64,000 nt of DNA from Lama guanicoe. Lineage: Eukaryota. The translations under genes and the position numbers were made by a program. The notes under the pieces were generated by a model. That model saw only the letters and a program-made list of their open reading frames with translations, was not told the origin of the DNA and ran no database searches. The stretch lies in the NCBI GenBank assembly GCA_013239625.1, contig MU053606.1, forward strand, positions 62,001-126,000, in the 5' to 3' direction. Position 1 is the first letter of the stretch; each line of letters starts with the position of its first letter. Positions 50,074 through 63,780 of this stretch are shown here, piece after piece.

Positions 50074-50589
50074 GAGAAGGCCCTTTGCCGGGAACTCGTG
50101 CTCATTTTCAGAGCTCAGCCAAGCGGGAGGTTGGTCCCCAGGGCCTGAGAGGGGCTATTTGTGAAATCTTCTCTGCTGAGACCCACCAGACTGAAGGGAA
50201 CTGTGTGCTCTGAGGGAGAGAGAGCACACCGAGCCTCTGTGGAGGCATGTCTGAGATCATCCCAAAGGCACACAGCTCTAACTGTGGACACGGGAATTTT
50301 TGATTGGCATCTTAGTTGGAAATCTCCTCCTAGATAGAAAGAAGCAGATTCAAGATGTTGTGATTGGATGGGCAGGTCGGCCTCTCAAATTTGTCGATGA
50401 GGAGGACACACAATTCTCTGCAGAATTAGGAATACCCATCCCTGCTCTGCTGACTCCATCTACAGAGAAACAGAGACGCGGCTCTAGGGGGAATTCAACA
50501 CCCACCAACCCTTCTTACCGACATCAACGTCCCCACTTTATTCTCCTGTCAGGTCTCTGCACAAAAACTGTGGCTCAGCCCCAAATATC

Positions 50590-51320
50590 ACATAACCATC
50601 ACCCTGAACCACTCTGTGTCTGTGTCCAACTCGAACATTAAGTCCTGTGACCGTTACTGTCAAATTGTGTCCCCCTTTCAGCCCTTCTCCCACCATCATC
50701 CCAGCCCAATCTCGGTGTTTCTCTCCAGGTCAGCAGCACTCTTCCCACTGGCTTCCCATCAGCTTACCTTGGCCTGCTTCCATTGCTTATTCCCCATATT
50801 TTACCCACAGTGGTCTTATTAAAGTATGAATCAGATCAAGTTGTTCTGCTTTGCAAAATACTCTTGTGATTTTCCATTGTATTCAGAAGGATATCCAGAG
50901 TCCCTACCAAGGCCCTGTGTGACCTGGTCCCTCACCTGTCTCTGCAGCCTCAGTTCTCACCGTTCTGCTCCAGCCCAACTTCACCACCCAGATGGTCCCC
51001 ACCAGGACAGCTGTGTTTGTAACTCCAAGTCTTGTACTTACACTTCTCCCGGCCTGGGAGGCTTTTCTTGTCTCTTACCTATGTGGCTTATTCTTTTGCT
51101 TCATTCAGGACTTTGTTCAAATTATTTTACCTTCAGAGTGGACTTATCTGACCATATTATTTAAAATAGCATGCACATATTTCCTATTCAATCATTTTCT
51201 CTCCTAATATGTTTTATGTTTCTTTGTGGCAATTATTAGTACTTGGCAGTACATAATATATTTATTTGCTTACTGGTTTATTGTCTATCTTTCTTCCTAG
51301 ACCTATATTCATGAAATCAC
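50590..51320 (+). mobile_element. LINE-2 3' fragment
   Basis: aatcagatcaagtt..ctgctttgcaaaatactc; caaggccctgtgtgacctggtccct; tttatttgcttactggtttattgtctatct. Confidence 0.7.
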
Positions 51321-51589
51321 AAATAAATGTTTTAAGCAGTAACTTTCAAACCACCTTTAAATGAATTCTTTTATAAGGTGAGAATTTCAGAGGTTTCCAC
51401 CGGTTGCTTAGGGGAAAAAAGAGAAAGGATTCAGGTTGAACTAGATTATTAAGGACCTGGGAGTTGGTTATTTATTTTATTCATAGTAGTGTGTATCTGT
51501 TAATCCCAAACTCCTAATCCAGCAAAAGACCGAGCTGATTACTATATATAATTTTTTTTTTTACTTTTAAAGTTGGATTGTTTGAGATC

Positions 51590-51706
51590 TCTTTTCTTCT
51601 TTGTTCTTTTTCTTTTTTAAAAAAGAATTTTTCTTATTTTCTTACATTGAGGTACTGGGAATTGAATCCGGCACATACTCTACCCCTTGAAATATACCCT
51701 CCCCTC
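51590..51706 (-). mobile_element. Degenerate tRNA-derived SINE
   Basis: gaggtactgggaattgaatcc..tataccctcccc preceded by a T-rich tail. Confidence 0.65.
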
Positions 51707-52729
51707 CAAAGACAATTATTTTTATACTTTGACAATACCATACTGAATTAAGAACTTTTTACTCCATTTTCCCTTCAGAGAGTTTATAACGGAGGGAGAG
51801 AGAGTCAGAGGAAGCTCTGGGCCATCCCTTCCTTCTCAGTGGGTCAGTACACAGAAGAGGAGCTAGGCTGTCACCAGGACCAGCTAACCTTTCTGCTCTG
51901 AGGGCCGACTCAGACCACTTCTGTAAACAGAGGCATGTTAGAAGCAGCAGAAAGCCAACTAGTGGGCAACAATGACAAAACTGACCCACCTGCAGCTGGA
52001 CATCATCTGCTCTGAAATGAACCTCTTAAAGCTCTTCTTCCTATTAGTGGATTGTTTTCAAAAATATTCCCAAGGAGATGACTCTCACTCTATTTTTCTG
52101 GATTTCTTGGACCTTCTATGACTTTAACTGCAGGCTTGATTTTCTGCACAATGTCTGCATTGAAGCCAGGGAGAAAACGTGAACAGACCCTGCAGGCCAC
52201 GGCTGAGGCCTCTGGTTAAATCATCCTTGTTGTGCAGAGCCTACATTCATGGGACCATTTTCATTACTGCTGTAATTAGTTCTCATCCAAGTGTCCCACT
52301 GAAAATGTTTCTAGATGGAAGGTGGTCTGACACAGGTGAGCAGTGGGGATGTGGGATGCAGATGGCAGACAGACTGGAAGGAGAGACGGGAAGTGTTTCC
52401 TCAGGCTTCAGTTTGGAAGATTTCTGATTTTCATATGGACATTAAACTGGGTCAGGCTGAAGCGCCGTTTGCTCTAAGATGGGGTGGTGTACATGTATCC
52501 CTACAACTTCTAAAAAATATGTTGTAGTTGGATGTGATAGCCTAAGGGACATACAGCTTAGAGTGACACCTATGTTCCAGGATGCCTATGATCTCAGGCT
52601 CACAAAGAGGAAAAGAATACACATATTTTGCCTGTGTAGTTCTATGTGAAATTATTTTGACCCATGGTGTAAGATCAGATAGCATGTAGTCTTTCTTACG
52701 TCACAAAGACGACAATTCTTTTTGATGAG

Positions 52730-53720
52730 TCAGCAGACTGTTTCTGATGGCCCGGGGTCTGTGCCAGACATTAGCTGTCTAGACAAATACCATACAGCCC
52801 TCCATCCCTCAAGGAGATCACAGTGTGTCATGGAAGAGACAAATTTAAAATTTAAATAGCAGAACAATGTGGTAAGAGTCACTTGGCATCATGTATATTG
52901 TATGTTCAGAGGGGCTCTTGCACTGTCTGGGGCAGGGTTCTAGAAGGTAGGAAAGGTGTCAGAAAGGAAATGCTTTCTGCACTGACATCTGAAGGATTCC
53001 AGCAAATCTCTAGACCAGGAGAGTGCGTGGTGGGGATGGGATTCTCTGCAGCTTGTGTGTCTCATGCAGAGGTCTGATCGTATCTAAGAGCACTTTGCAC
53101 TTAGGGAAGGAAGGTCAGTGAGGCTAGAGGCTGTGGGAAACTAATGAAAGCTGAGGCTGAAAAAAAGCAGCAACTAGGTGATGAGAAGGTGTGACGTTAA
53201 ATCAGGGAGCGTGGACTTCCTTACATATGCAGTGGGGAATTCTTTGGGGTTTTAAGGAGGAGAGTGACACAGATTAGTCATTAAAAGTGAGAAAAGTGGA
53301 TTGTTCACTCTAAAGAACAGCACTGGGGAGGCTAGCAAGGGGTGTGAATTAATGCAGTGGGGAGTGAGGGGCGGGGTCTTAGTTGGGGGACATTAAGGAA
53401 TAGAATTGTAGTACTGATGGGGGTGAGGGAGTGGAAAAGTAAAGGAAAACTCCCAGATGTATGGCTTAGAAAACAGATGGAATAGTGATGCCGTTGTTTG
53501 AAGAAGTTAACCTTGTTCTGAGCGAGTGTAAATTCAAACACACAGAGCTTGAGATTTTTATGGGCTAATCAATTGGGAATGTCTACTTGTCAATTATAAG
53601 TATCTTTCTGGGACTGAAATGGAATGTCCTTGCTGGAAAAGATTTGACAGTTAATCAGTGGACAGAGAGAAGTTGAAGCCATGGGAATAAATGCCACCCA
53701 CTGACAGTTTATCAAAGAAA
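52730..53720 (-). mobile_element. LINE-2 fragment
   Basis: ctgtgccagacatt..ccctcaaggagatcacagt; ggggttttaaggaggagagtgaca; gttgaagccatggga. Confidence 0.6.
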
Positions 53721-53834
53721 AGGGAAGAAGGGCACTTCTGGTTCAGAAAATATGGCAGACCGGAACCTTGAAGACCAACTCACTAAAGACACATAAAAAC
53801 GTAGGACACAATGCCACCAATCTTTTCTTGTTTT

Positions 53835-54470
53835 TTTTTTTTGCAGGCACCTTTATTGTGGTATGATTCCTGTATAGTAAATTACACATATTTCACATGT
53901 ACTACTTAATGAATTTGATAGATGTCTACACCCAGAAAACCATCACCACAATCAAGATAGCTAACATTTCCATAACTCCCCAAGAGGGACACTTTTCCAA
54001 TTCCCATATTTATCCTTTCCCATCCCCTTCTCTCCCTGGTAACCATAAGCTTCTCTATGTCTGTGGTTCTGTTTCTCTTTTGTAGTTAAGTTCATTTGTG
54101 TCTTTTTTTAGATTCCACATATGTGATATTATATGGCATTTTTCTCTTTTTTCTGGCTTACTTCACTTAGAATGACTATCTCTACGTCCATCTATGTTGC
54201 TGCAAATGGCATTATTTTGTTCCTTTTAATGGCTGAGTAGTATTCCTCTGTATAAATATACTACTACATCTTTATCCAGTCAGCTGTCGATGGACATTTG
54301 GGTTGTTGCCATGTCCTGGCTATTATAAATAGTGCTGCTGTGAGCATTGAGGTGCATGCGGCTTTTTGAATTAGAGTTTTCTTCTGACATATGCCCAGGA
54401 GTGGGAAGCCTGGATCATGAGTTAAGTCTATTTTCAGTTTTTAAAGGAAGTTCCATACTGTCTTCTCTAG
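53835..54470 (-). mobile_element. LINE-1 3' end fragment(s)
   Basis: ttttagattccacatatgtgat, ggctgagtagtattcc, atatgcccaggagtggga; T-rich tail at about 53830. Confidence 0.88.
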
Positions 54471-54692
54471 TGACAATGAAGCCCGTTTTGTGAAGGCAGA
54501 GCCATGCTCAGAAAGTAACTGATATTTCTAGAGGCCAGACATGAAGCGCAGTGAGTGTGGCCTGTTCAAGAATCAGAGGGCAGTCTGCCAGGGCTGGAGG
54601 AGAGTGACAAGGGAAGTGTGGTACAGGTAGGATTAAGATAGGATTCAGATCAAGTGGGGACCTGACAGGCTGGGATAAGGAGCCTGGACTTC

Positions 54693-55155
54693 CAGTCATC
54701 CCTTGGTAACCATGGGCACTGGTTCCAGGACTCCCCCCTGACATCAACATCCATGGATGCTGACACCTCTTGTATAAAATAGCACAGGACTTGCATGGAA
54801 CTTATGTGCACCCTCCCATGTACTTTATAAATATATATATATACAAACGTTTTTTATTGAGTTATAGTCATTTTACAATGTTGCATCAAATTCCAGCTTA
54901 GAGCACAATTTTTCAGTTATACATGAATATACACATACATTCGTTGTCACATTCTCTTTTGCTGTGTCCTTCTGTGTACTTTAAATCATCTCTAGATTAC
55001 TCACGGTATCTAATACAACATGAATACTATGTAAGTAGTTGTCAGTGTATGGCAAATTCAAGTGTTGCTTTTTGAAACTTTCTGTTTTTTCACGAATATT
55101 TTCAAACCACAGTTAGTTGAATCTGCTGGATAGGGAGCCCCTAGATATGGAGAAC
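54693..55155. mobile_element. MER2-like Tigger DNA transposon fossil interrupted by an L1 tail
   Basis: cagtcatcccttggta..ggttccaggac..tactttaaatcatctctagattact..agttagttgaatc. Confidence 0.75.
54828..54966 (-). mobile_element. Short young LINE-1 3' tail inserted in MER2 with TSD
   Basis: Reverse complement matches the 3' end at about 9670-9790; TSD tgtacttta at 54819-54827 and 54975-54983. Confidence 0.8.
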
Positions 55156-56290
55156 CCCCAAGCTCTTCCTTTCCACCTCCTAAATTCCCACTGCAAGCAC
55201 TGAAGTGGTCCAAACATAGAAGAGCTCCATCTACCTGCTGGAAACGCTGAGGAATTCCTTCAGCTTATGTAACGCAGGAGTGAAGGTATAGGGACAACTA
55301 GTGGGAAAGGAGGGCCTGCCTGAAGAGGAAGGAGGAAGGACCGCAGTGGAAGCCAGCTCGTACCCTTACTGGAGCTAGCTGATAGCAGTGAGGGACGCCT
55401 AGTAACTGGAGACACATCACATGGGGGATGATCCTGGCTACCATGTGCAGGGTTCACATAGCTGGGACCCAGTTTGCAAGATCAAAATAACAAGGAGGGA
55501 GAGGGGCTGCCTCAGCCCCATGATCCTGACAACGGCCACAGCGCCGTGACTCCAGCTAATGCGGCTCCCCTAGTAAGCCAGAAAAAGGAAACTCTGAGCC
55601 AAGATATTGCATATTCCACCGCAGCCACACAGATAACTAGATCTCTAAGCTGACAAAATGTAACCACCAGAAACAGGAATCTTTCCTTTTCTCTTCATTT
55701 GGACCTTTGGACAGGGAGCCACACATCTCTGATGGGAACCATCTTTAATCCAATAAAGAGCTCACTTTTTCAGGAATAAGCATGGAGAAAAAGAGTGGGG
55801 TGATGGTTTAAAGCAGAAGTCAAAGTGGAAGCCCATCTGAGAAATGGTAAAAACATGCATCTCAATGAATCTGAGTTATGGCGAAAAGGAGGAAGGTTAA
55901 GGAAATCTCTATCCAGCAGACAAGACTAGCCAGTCATAAAAAGACAGGACTTAAAATCAAGAAACCTTATTTGTTTTTTTGGTGATGAAAAACAATGCCA
56001 TATTTTAAAACAAGTCTTGGGCCATCAACAACACGCTGTGAGTTGTTGAGAGGGAGAATATAAAGCTGCATATAGACATGAAAGTGTTCCAAGTCCACCA
56101 CTCGAAAAAACTTAGCCAATCATGTGTCCAGTTGATTTGAAAATCCTGATAAGTAAATAACTCAAAAGTGGGAAAGACATGGTATTAAATTGTGGTAGTG
56201 AGCAATGAAATCCAAGAAGTTTATACCTATATTTTCATTGTTAATATAACAAACTGAAAGCAACTGTCAAAAAGTAGTTACTGTAGGATA

Positions 56291-56338
56291 CATACACACA
56301 CACACACACACACACAAACACATGTACACACACACACA
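56291..56338. repeat. (CA)n microsatellite
   Basis: Read directly. Confidence 0.9.
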
Positions 56339-57329
56339 ATCTGGAACAGCAGAGAGGTAAAATATGCTAAATTTATCATTATTGTGGAACAGGATCTAAT
56401 AGATTATTTCATTTTTGATAGTGTTATAGGAATACTGGTCCAATTACATATAAAGTTATGAACTTAGAGATGATTTATAAAAATTTAGAGAGAATTTTCA
56501 TTAAAAGGCAATATAGCTTCCAAATCATTGAAGAATAAATTAACAATAAAAAAATTAATCAATCCAGCTAATATGGAGTAACACAAACCATATTTGCCAT
56601 CCTAAGATAAATCACAAAATGGATACAATATGTGAAGCAATGATTTTTAAGAGAGGTGAAAACGATCATCCACAAGGACCCTGTCCTGCCACCCCCATAC
56701 CAAGGCTGCTAGGCCTCCTACTGCCATCATCAATAATGTCCACCAAGAGGCGACATTTCCTTCCTCTGCTCCTACTGCAGAGCCAGTACTGAGCAGTCCT
56801 TTTCCAGGGTTTGGCAGGCAGCTTCCAGTAGTGCTCTCGTGGGCCTTGGTCCCTTTTAGCCACCAGCAAAGGGATCAAGGATGAGAAGTGAGCCTCCTTC
56901 CTCATTCAAGGCCTAGGAACCTATCTGACTTCTGAGCAGCCCTTCAATCTTGTCTGCTGTCTGGTACTCTCCGCCCGGCTTCCCGAGTCCCCGGCTTGGG
57001 CAGCCTGCACGCTGGCCACAGCCCATCAGAATCTGTTCCCCCGCCAAGAGGCCACGCGTGATCATGAGCAGGGCTCCAGGCCTCTGGAGCAGCATGGCTT
57101 GACCTGGGCGTGCGAACTCCATGCCCTTGGTTGAGTCAGTTAACATCTCTAAGCTAAGTTTCCTCATCAGTAAAATGAAGACATATTTCAATATGGAAAA
57201 AAAAATCAGAATTGGGGGGAATAAATTTCTGGTGACTGAAGATTTTTTAATTGTGAATTATACAGTGAAAGACATCATACAAATTTTACTACTTCAGAAT
57301 TCTAAAGGACAGCTTCGACTGTTAAAACA

Positions 57330-57550
57330 AATGCATGCACGTACACACAAACACATGTGCAGACACACTGACTCTGCTCCACATACATTCCTACACACAC
57401 ACATACATGGACTCATGTACCACACACACACATAGCATATACACAACCACATACATCCCCAGGCACGCACGCGCACAGCCACACACACACTCAGTTATGT
57501 GCCACACAATTCCCCAGGTGCGTACGTGCGCACACACACGTCATACACAC
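57330..57550. repeat. Degenerate (CA)-rich simple repeat
   Basis: Read directly; explains the His/Thr-rich ORFs here. Confidence 0.85.
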
Positions 57551-59944
57551 CTTTGGCATTATTCTAAATCAATTTACAATTGAGGGTCTCAGTGTCCATT
57601 GTTTTATCCACTCAGAAGATCATGACTTTGGAGAGTGAAGCAGGAGCCCCTCCTCTCTGGAGACGGTCTTTGCTGCTTACAGTCTCAGTGGAGCCAACAC
57701 AAATGCTCTGGACCTTTGGAAGTGCAGTTCCAGAGCATACCTGGGATCTCACATCCTATATATCTAAACATTTTAAGTGCAGTAGGTTCTAAAGTCCTGC
57801 CTTTACAAATACACATTCATTATAAGGGGGAAGGCCAGGTTCAAAATTAGAATTCCCAGACTCAGGGGAGTTGGCAAAGTAAGTGAGCATGTGGGGAGAG
57901 CTGATTCCCAGACTCTGATCACTAGCCTGACCCTTTTCTTCCCAATGCTGGGTCCATGCCTTGCCACAAGGGGCCTTGGATGTGCACAGGGGGACACTCA
58001 GACCTCACGTCCGGGCTCTGCCTATAACCTCCATGCAAACAGCTGCCCTTTGGCCTTTCTGTGAGTCCTGGGAATCTGAACTCCAGGGAGAGCCGGAGCA
58101 GGCACTAGAAGTGGGTCAGGGGCTGCTGAGGCAGGGCATTCAGGGTCCTAGGTTTCTAGACCACAGGATGGAGACAATGACCATGTCCCCTTGGCCCTGC
58201 TGTCTCCACCCGATGGAGGGCATGGCCAGAGGAAGTGTCAGGCCCAGGGGACACTCTGCAGTGCAGGACCCAGGGCAGTGGGCCCCTTTGCCGGGGTCTA
58301 AGGTGAGAAGCCCTAAGGAAATGTCTGAGGAGGCTGTAAGGTATCTTCATTCCCATTAATTAAAAAAAACAAAAGCTTACCACAGGCGTGCGTGGGAAGG
58401 GTTTTGTTATAACAAGGGAAGGCCCTTGCCAAGGTCTGGCCATAGAGGGCTGGTGGGTTTGCCAGGTTGATGAGGAACCGAGAGGCTGTTAGCCTCCCCT
58501 GGGTCTAAACACTGCCTGAATTCCTCCAGGTGACACTTAAATGCAGTGAGACATGGAACCCTCTCAAGTTGTTAAAATATTCATGGTGAGCCATTCAACT
58601 GTCTCCTCATTCTTGGCTATGAAAGCACGATAAACACAGGTGGGAATCTCATCAGCCTGTTGGTTGGTTCACTGTCCATCTGGGGCCCCCTCTTGTAGGA
58701 GCCTTTTTCACATCACCCAGGGCTGACCCATCTCAGGATTACAGCTGATTTTCCACAGGTGGCATCACTTGCTGGTGACACGAAGGAGACATGTTAGCCA
58801 CCTCCCAAACACTGAGGCTTCTCCTGGGAGGAGCCTGCAGACACCCAGTCCAGCCTCTGCACAACAATGCTCCTCAGTGTCACTCCCAGCTGCCCTGGCT
58901 TCTAACTCTGGCCAGAACCTCGCTGGATTGTTGATAAATGTCACCCATGCACCACGTCTAAGCTTGGGGTCCAGATGTGACCATGGTTCTTATTTTCTTC
59001 CCACTGATGAATTGTTTGATCTCCGTGTAATCGTGTTGGCAGGAAGGCCAGTACCGCCCTCTTGAGGCCTCCCAGAGCCGCCTCTGTCTATAACTGTCCT
59101 AGCGCCACAGGGGATCGGGTCTGTAGCCTGGCACTCAGACACGATGGCACCTGGAGAGACAGGAATCCACTCCTGCTGTGGCTTCTGCTGAGGCTCGGTG
59201 TGGCCATACAAACGGATCCTGCAGGCCCTGACTTCACTTGACTCGCTGCAGGGATGCTCCCACACTGCCCCATTCCCCCCAGAGACCGAGGGCTTTCTGC
59301 TTCTTCCCGAAGGCCCCACCCCCAAGGGGGCACTGGGTCCAGTGGAGTGTCCAGCCTGGTTCCCCGCCAGCACTTAGGGCTTTGGTGGGGCCTGGAACAT
59401 CAACTACCCTCCCCTAAGGGAGGGCCCCTAAGGGGCCCGTTTGTCCTTTCCAGCCAACAGACCTAGGTCATAAACACTTTAACTCACCTGAGGGTGTTTT
59501 CCTCACTTCAGGGGCAGTGAGGACTGGGTTTCTTCACACTCCAAGTGCCCCCAGTCTGGATGCAGACAGCCTGGCTCTCCCCTCAGTCCTGCAGGTCCCT
59601 GCCACACCTGCTGCTGGTCACTGAGTCTGTGCTGTGTCCTCTTCTAGGACAAGAGGTGCACTCTGCCCCATGCCCCACCCGACCAGTGGTGGCAGGGGCG
59701 GCGGACAGGCAGGTGAGCTGGGGCCTGAGACCGTGCCCACAAATCAGTGCCCCAGAAGCCGCTGGTGACTAGAGGGGCCACGGGGCAGAAGGCAGCATGG
59801 GATGGGAGGAGGAGGAAGGTTCAGGATAAGGAGAGGAAAGGGGGAATGGATAGCACTGTGAGGACCTCGGCCATGAAAGGGAAGAGAAAAGACAGTGACA
59901 GCTGGAGCGGTGTCGGTGTTAAAAGCTGCGGGCTTTTTTTTTTT

Positions 59945-60325
59945 TAATTTTATTAATTACCAATACATATAGTGACAGATTTCTTACTTTATTAAAGATT
60001 ATGTGCCATGCCATATAACAGTATATAGTATGTTATTATTTATTAAATAATACATAATAGAAGGTATACTAGCATATTATGTTCTGTTTATTTATTAGCA
60101 GATAGTATATAATACATATGTAGGTGTTTATATACATAATATATAATTCATGCATCTATATAATATATAACCCATAACAAATAATGTAAGATTATGATTA
60201 ATATATAACAAAATTACATAACAGTAATGATGTAATATTACCCATTGTATGTCTTGGTTCATGACACATTCTCATCTTAGGTGCCTGTCAGAGGTATTTA
60301 TGTATTAAAATTAATATTATAAGAC
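59945..60325. repeat. AT-rich low-complexity (TA-like) tract
   Basis: Read directly. Confidence 0.75.
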
Positions 60326-62134
60326 ACAGTTATGAACATATCACCCAGCATCATAACAGGAATATTGACAGTGACATACTGTGTCCTCTTTCCCTATCCT
60401 GACCTTGGCCTCTTCTCACAGGAAGTAACCAGCATCCTGAATCCTGGCTTGCCTTTGCCTTGTGTTACTTTCACACACACAATATTTAAGATCAGTTAAA
60501 ACAAATGAACTGCAGGTACATGCAACGAAATGGATGAATCATACACTCTATGTTAAATTGAAAAAGTAAGCACTAGAAGGTAGCCTATAGTGTGCTATGC
60601 TTTTAACTTTGTATATATATATCAACTAAACTCACTAAATTAAGAACTACAGCTAGAGTCCAGGTGGGAGAGAGACAGATAAAAGGTGAGGTGAGCAGAT
60701 TTGCTGCAGGTAAGCAAGTTACTTTTCCAGTAACATGACATTCTCTCTGAAGCAGGAGGCAAGGCCATCTGCTGGGAGTCAGGGAAGAGACACAGGAAAG
60801 CTTAGAGGTGTGCAGAGAGCAGAGAATGTTGACACCACTGAGTGATAAGTGGGGAAATATGCTCACAATAGAAATCCTGGAGGATTGCCTGGCAGCGGCA
60901 ACATGATGGGCATTGATTTGTAGTCTTAGAAATCTGTGCTGGGAGAGCCTGCTGCCTGCAGGCTCAGAACAAATAGAGCTGGGTGAACCGAGATGGAAGT
61001 CATCCTGGTGAGGAACTGAAAAGGTCAAGGGTCAAGGGAGTTTTGTTTGTAGACTGTGAATGCAGAGCTGGAAGGTGGGGAAGTGGAAGTAAGAGGAACG
61101 TGGACAGGTAGGAAAGCAGAGGAGTCAGCGCTTGATGCCCCAGTGAGGGTGAAGGAGGGCCAGGGAGGCTGGTGGAGAAGCAGCTGGGCGGCTAGAGGTG
61201 GGCACTTAAAGGAGAGAGGCTGGACCCGGGGTGGAGACATGCCCGGGTATGAGCCTGGGGGTAGGGTGAATGGGGGGTGGCTGGCTCAGGCTGATGGAGA
61301 AGAAGACCCTAAAATGACCAAACTGGGTGGTGGAGGGAGAATGAACATTGACGTCTTGATGGTAGGAGGTGAGGCAATACAGAGCTGCTGGTCAAGGTGC
61401 TCCTGACTGAGGCAGATGAGCAGGGAGGCCAGGGTGGCAGGCACTGCTAGGAAAGGACTGGGTTTTCCAGGTGTTCCCAAGAGAGGAGGAGAAATCACCT
61501 CATGGGGGAAAGTGAGCACAAGGAGGTCAACCCAGGATCCTGATCAAATGGGGGGGTGGGAGGGGGCAAAGCTTCAACTCCAGAGATTGTTACCCAGGAA
61601 GCAGGGACCACAGGTGAAGTGAGGGGACACTCAGAGAAGAGAGGGAGAAAAGTCTTCTGGGTGTAGGGGGAAGAGAGGCCCCAGGACAAAAGAGCACAGA
61701 GGCACAGTGATGAGGATGGATTGGCTCTATGGTGACACTGCAGGGGTGGCTGGATCTTTGTCCTGAGGGCCTAGGTTGGGGGGACTACTGGCCTCATGAG
61801 GACCCCCCTCTCAGCAGCCTGGACAGAGGCTACTGCTTCTGAGAGCTGTGTGGCACCACTGTTCCCGGAGGGGCTCTGCCTCCATCTTCTATCAGACTTT
61901 CCTTCCCAGCACCCAACTGCCAGCGAGGGAGCCTGGGCCTCACAGCCATTTGCCGTGGAGGGACACAGGCTCCTCGAAGAAGCAGGCTTATCTTACTTTT
62001 CTCTGTAACCCAGGGCCTAGCAAAGCGCCAGCCCATGTGTGGGCCATGTAGGGGCTCGGATACTTACCAAACTAACTCAAAGCAGTGAATACAGAGCTGG
62101 AGGAAGTGACCACTGAGCTCACAGGGTTCACTGC

Positions 62135-62462
62135 CCACACCCCCATTCTACAGATAAGGAAACAGAGACCAAGTGGTGAAGCAGACTTGGCCAAGGTCAT
62201 GCTGCTCTTAAATGCTGGCCTGTGTCAGGCATGCGAAGTGATGAGCTGCAGTGAAGGGGCTGAGAGGGGGCTCTGGGGCCAGACAGCTTGGGTTCAAGTA
62301 CCAGCTCTGCCATTTCTTAGCTGTGTGATTAATGAATATCCTTACCTTTAAAGTGGAACTCATAATGGTGCCACCTCATTGGGTTGTCATGAACACAGCA
62401 TTCCTGGAACAGCAGGACAGAGTTCTGTAAGGGTTTGCTATTGCTTTGGTTACTATTATTAT
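62135..62462. mobile_element. Two MIR fragments in opposite orientation
   Basis: cccattctacagataaggaaacagag (minus) and gggttcaagtaccagctctgccatttcttagctgtgtga (plus). Confidence 0.75.
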
Positions 62463-63780
62463 CACCAAGTGAACCCTGAAATGAAGAACAAAGACAGTAA
62501 GAATTTTTATTTTAAAGAATTTTAAAATCCTCTGATAAATGTTTCATTTCATCTATTCAAGTTTGCATTTGACCCTTATTAACAACTACACAATGGATGA
62601 CTTTTGAGGCAATCTTGCTTCATGTCTTTAATTCTCACTAATGACACAGGCTACTTAACAGGCAGCAGTTTCTTTTCCAGGAAGAGGGACAAAAAGTTAA
62701 AAATGACTCAGTGCCTCTCAGTCCCCAGTGAGTTGGTTGAGACCTGTCAAACCAGCTTTGGGGAAGTGCCCGCTCCCCCTGGGCTCTCTGAACTGCTCCG
62801 CAGCCTCCAGGGGGCACTGTACCCCCACACGAATCCAGTCTCTTGGTTCCTATCTTTGCTTCAGATCCCTCAAGGACTGCCCATGCCCCAGGGCCCCATC
62901 TGCCCTACCAGCCTTGGCTGCTGGACTCCAGGGCACCATCCTGGGTCTCAAGCATCCTCTGTTCCTATGACCGCCCCACTACTCTACAATTTGTCCTTCA
63001 AGTGTGAGCTCCTGTGGCTCTCCACACAGCAGGGGTCTCCCAGTCCTCCACCTCGGGTAACTGCATTGTCCTGCATGGTGCCTAGCGAACCCATGTGGAG
63101 GCAGGAAGAATACAGAACTACAGGTGCTCAGAGGGGCTGCCTTTCCCACTGCAGGGGCCCTAGAGCGCTTTCTCCCAGCTGGTTATTCACAGGCGCTGAA
63201 GCTGTGGAATCTCGATCTCATCAAATTAAAGGGCATCATCACTAATAACAAAAGCAATCATTTCTTCAGTAGCAAAAGGAGAAAAGACTTTGTGTTCCCC
63301 ACCTCCAACTTTTTTCCTCCACCTTCAGATGTTTCTCATCTCTGGGCAAGGGTAGAAAGTAACTCACACAATATTATTTTTTCAATGTCTTTTCCCACTC
63401 TGAAGATTGTTTTCCCAGAACTGATGAAGGCTAGAATGGTTTAGCTTTCCTGGACTGAGTATTCAGAAGCCTGGGGGGNNNNNNNNNNNNNNNNNNNNNN
63501 NNNNNNNNNNNNNNNNNNNNNNNNNNNNNNNNNNNNNNNNNNNNNNNNNNNNNNNNNNNNNNNNNNNNNNNNNNNNNNNNNNNNNNNNNNNNNNNNNNNN
63601 NNNNNNNNNNNNNNNNNNNNNNNNNNNNNNNNNNNNNNNNNNNNNNNNNNNNNNNNNNNNNNNNNNNNNNNNNNNNNNNNNNNNNNNNNNNNNNNNNNNN
63701 NNNNNNNNNNNNNNNNNNNNNNNNNNNNNNNNNNNNNNNNNNNNNNNNNNNNNNNNNNNNNNNNNNNNNNNNNNNNNNNN

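Noticed and set aside
62604..63245. 213-aa plus-strand ORF
   Set aside because: Non-ATG start, no recognisable domain or exon structure; likely a chance ORF
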